A stretch of 24,000 bases of DNA from Candidatus Heimdallarchaeota archaeon (lineage in GTDB: Archaea; Asgardarchaeota; Heimdallarchaeia; Heimdallarchaeales; Heimdallarchaeaceae). The notes below the pieces were generated by a model. That model saw nothing but the letters and a program-made list of their open reading frames with translations. It was not told the DNA's origin and made no database searches. The position numbers and the translations under genes were made by a program. The stretch is taken from assembly GCA_019057375.1 (NCBI GenBank), contig DXJF01000097.1, positions 48,101-72,100 of the forward strand, given 5' to 3'. Shown here piece after piece: positions 22,855-24,000 of this stretch. The first letter of the stretch is position 1, and every line of letters starts with the position of its first letter.

Positions 22855-23421
22855 ATGAAACAATCAAAGTCAATACAACCTCGTAAGCAGAGGAAGAGTC
22901 ATTTCAAAGCTGAATATCATATCCGAAATCGTAAAATGACTGCGCCATTATCTCATGCATTAAGAGAAAAATATGGTGTCCGCCGTTTACCTATACATAG
23001 AAACGATAAGGTAACAGTCTTCAAAAACAAATCACTAGACGAAGAAATTAAAGGAAAAGTCATTAGGGTTTTACCACAAAGATATGCCGTTCATATTGAA
23101 GGACACAGTAAAGAAAAAGCAGATGGAACTATTGTCAGCTTTCCAGTTCATCCAAGTAATATTGTGATAACCTCATTAAATTTAAGAGATAAAAAGAGAC
23201 GTGCTATTATTCAGCGAAGGTCTAGAAAAGAAATAACTGATGAAGAGTTAGCTGAAGATATTTTTGACGAAGATGAAGAGTTAGCTGAAGAACTAGAAGA
23301 TCTCGATATGCTAGAAGATGAAGATATCCTCGAAGAAGATTTCGAAGATCTTGATATAGATGAATTAGATGAAGGAGAAGAAGAAACTCCTGACACTGAA
23401 GCCAAGGAGGAATCAGAATGA
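22855..23421 (+). CDS. rpl24: Ribosomal protein uL24 with a roughly 60-aa poly-acidic C-terminal extension
   Basis: The ORF track starts at GTG 22846; the ATG is at 22855. KOW-type core LPIHRNDKVTVFKNKSLDEEIKGKVIRV. The tail is EITDEELAEDIFDEDEELAEELEDLDMLEDEDILEEDFEDLDIDELDEGEEE... Confidence 0.85.
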   Translation: MKQSKSIQPRKQRKSHFKAEYHIRNRKMTAPLSHALREKYGVRRLPIHRNDKVTVFKNKSLDEEIKGKVIRVLPQRYAVHIEGHSKEKADGTIVSFPVHPSNIVITSLNLRDKKRRAIIQRRSRKEITDEELAEDIFDEDEELAEELEDLDMLEDEDILEEDFEDLDIDELDEGEEETPDTEAKEESE

Positions 23422-24000
23422 CCAAGGGCGGTGGAAAAAGACATCTGAAGAGATATGTGGTATCTAAACATGTCCCCATCAGTAAAAAAACTGATAAATA
23501 CGCTGTCAGACCTTCCCCAGGTCCTCATGCAGCATATGATTGTATTCCTGTAGCTATTCTACTAAGAGATATGTTCCATGTTGCAAGAAACATGAGTGAA
23601 GTTAAACGTATTCTCTATGAAAGAAATGTTATCGTTGATGGAAGAGTTAAAACAAACAGAAAATACCCTCTAGGGTTTATGGATGTTTTATCTTTGCCCA
23701 AAATGCAGAAGCACTATAGGATGATTTACACAATTAAGAAAGGATTAAGAGCTATCCCAATCGATGAAAACGAAATAACTGAAAAACTGTGTCAAATAAA
23801 GAACAAAACCACAATTAAAGATGGTTTAATACAACTAAATTTACATGACGGAAGAAATATAGTTCTTAGCAAAGAAGAAAATAAAAATGCAACTTATGCT
23901 ACTCATGATACACTAAAAATTTCTCTACCTGAACAAAAGATTCTAGAAAAATTCGAGCTTAAAGTAGGAACTTATGGATTTGTTACTAGTGGAAGATGGA
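23418..24000 (+). CDS. rps4e: Ribosomal protein eS4, partial (continues past the window end)
   Basis: Not in the ORF track because it has no stop in the window. ATG 23418 overlaps the uL24 stop (ATGA). My translation reads MTKGGGKRHLKRYVVSKHVPISKKTDKYAVRPSPGPHAAYDCIPVAILLRD...YPLGFMDVLSLP, which is typical eS4. Confidence 0.85.
   Translation, partial: MTKGGGKRHLKRYVVSKHVPISKKTDKYAVRPSPGPHAAYDCIPVAILLRDMFHVARNMSEVKRILYERNVIVDGRVKTNRKYPLGFMDVLSLPKMQKHYRMIYTIKKGLRAIPIDENEITEKLCQIKNKTTIKDGLIQLNLHDGRNIVLSKEENKNATYATHDTLKISLPEQKILEKFELKVGTYGFVTSGRW

Noticed and set aside
23211-23528. Minus-strand ORFs 23211..23528 and 23222..23479 (Ser-rich).
   Set aside because: They are antisense to the poly-acidic uL24 tail and the eS4 start, so they are a composition artefact.

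Overview
This is a visibly AT-rich archaeal chromosomal segment. The evidence is archaeal-type ribosomal protein genes (eS4, Rpp29 next to uL29), aRF1, Hef, archaeal AspRS/ValRS/UMP kinase, and intron-containing tRNAs. I cannot assign a lineage from sequence alone.

Most of the window (6.2-24 kb) is housekeeping: aspS, pyrH, aRF1, a DinB-like protein, tRNA-Ile(GAU), a UPF0148-like zinc-ribbon protein, Hef helicase-nuclease, an MFS transporter, ValRS, and two divergently oriented pieces of the ribosomal-protein supercluster (uL22-uS3-uL29-Rpp29 on minus; uS17-uL14-uL24-eS4 on plus).

The accessory part is 1.4-6.2 kb. An intact intron-containing tRNA-Leu(UAA) sits at 6073-6201 (minus). Direct repeats of its 3' portion follow at 3611-3714 (104 nt) and 1466-1507 (42 nt), with a further 16-nt piece at 3543-3558. 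These repeats delimit two small islets with no integrase. The tRNA-proximal islet carries a YaaC-like gene and a CPBP/Abi-type intramembrane protease gene. The distal one carries a single large (about 640 aa) TnpB/Cas12-like gene.

The TnpB/Cas12-like protein has a non-canonical RuvC-III motif (His where the catalytic Asp is expected). Its 3' end runs into an unusually GC-rich pair of hairpins, and tRNA-Leu-derived sequence follows just downstream. I consider this the best candidate for an undescribed RNA-guided system in the window: an omega-RNA-like scaffold with a tRNA-gene-derived guide and possibly altered or dead nuclease chemistry.

All homology calls are by eye from motifs. No searches were run.
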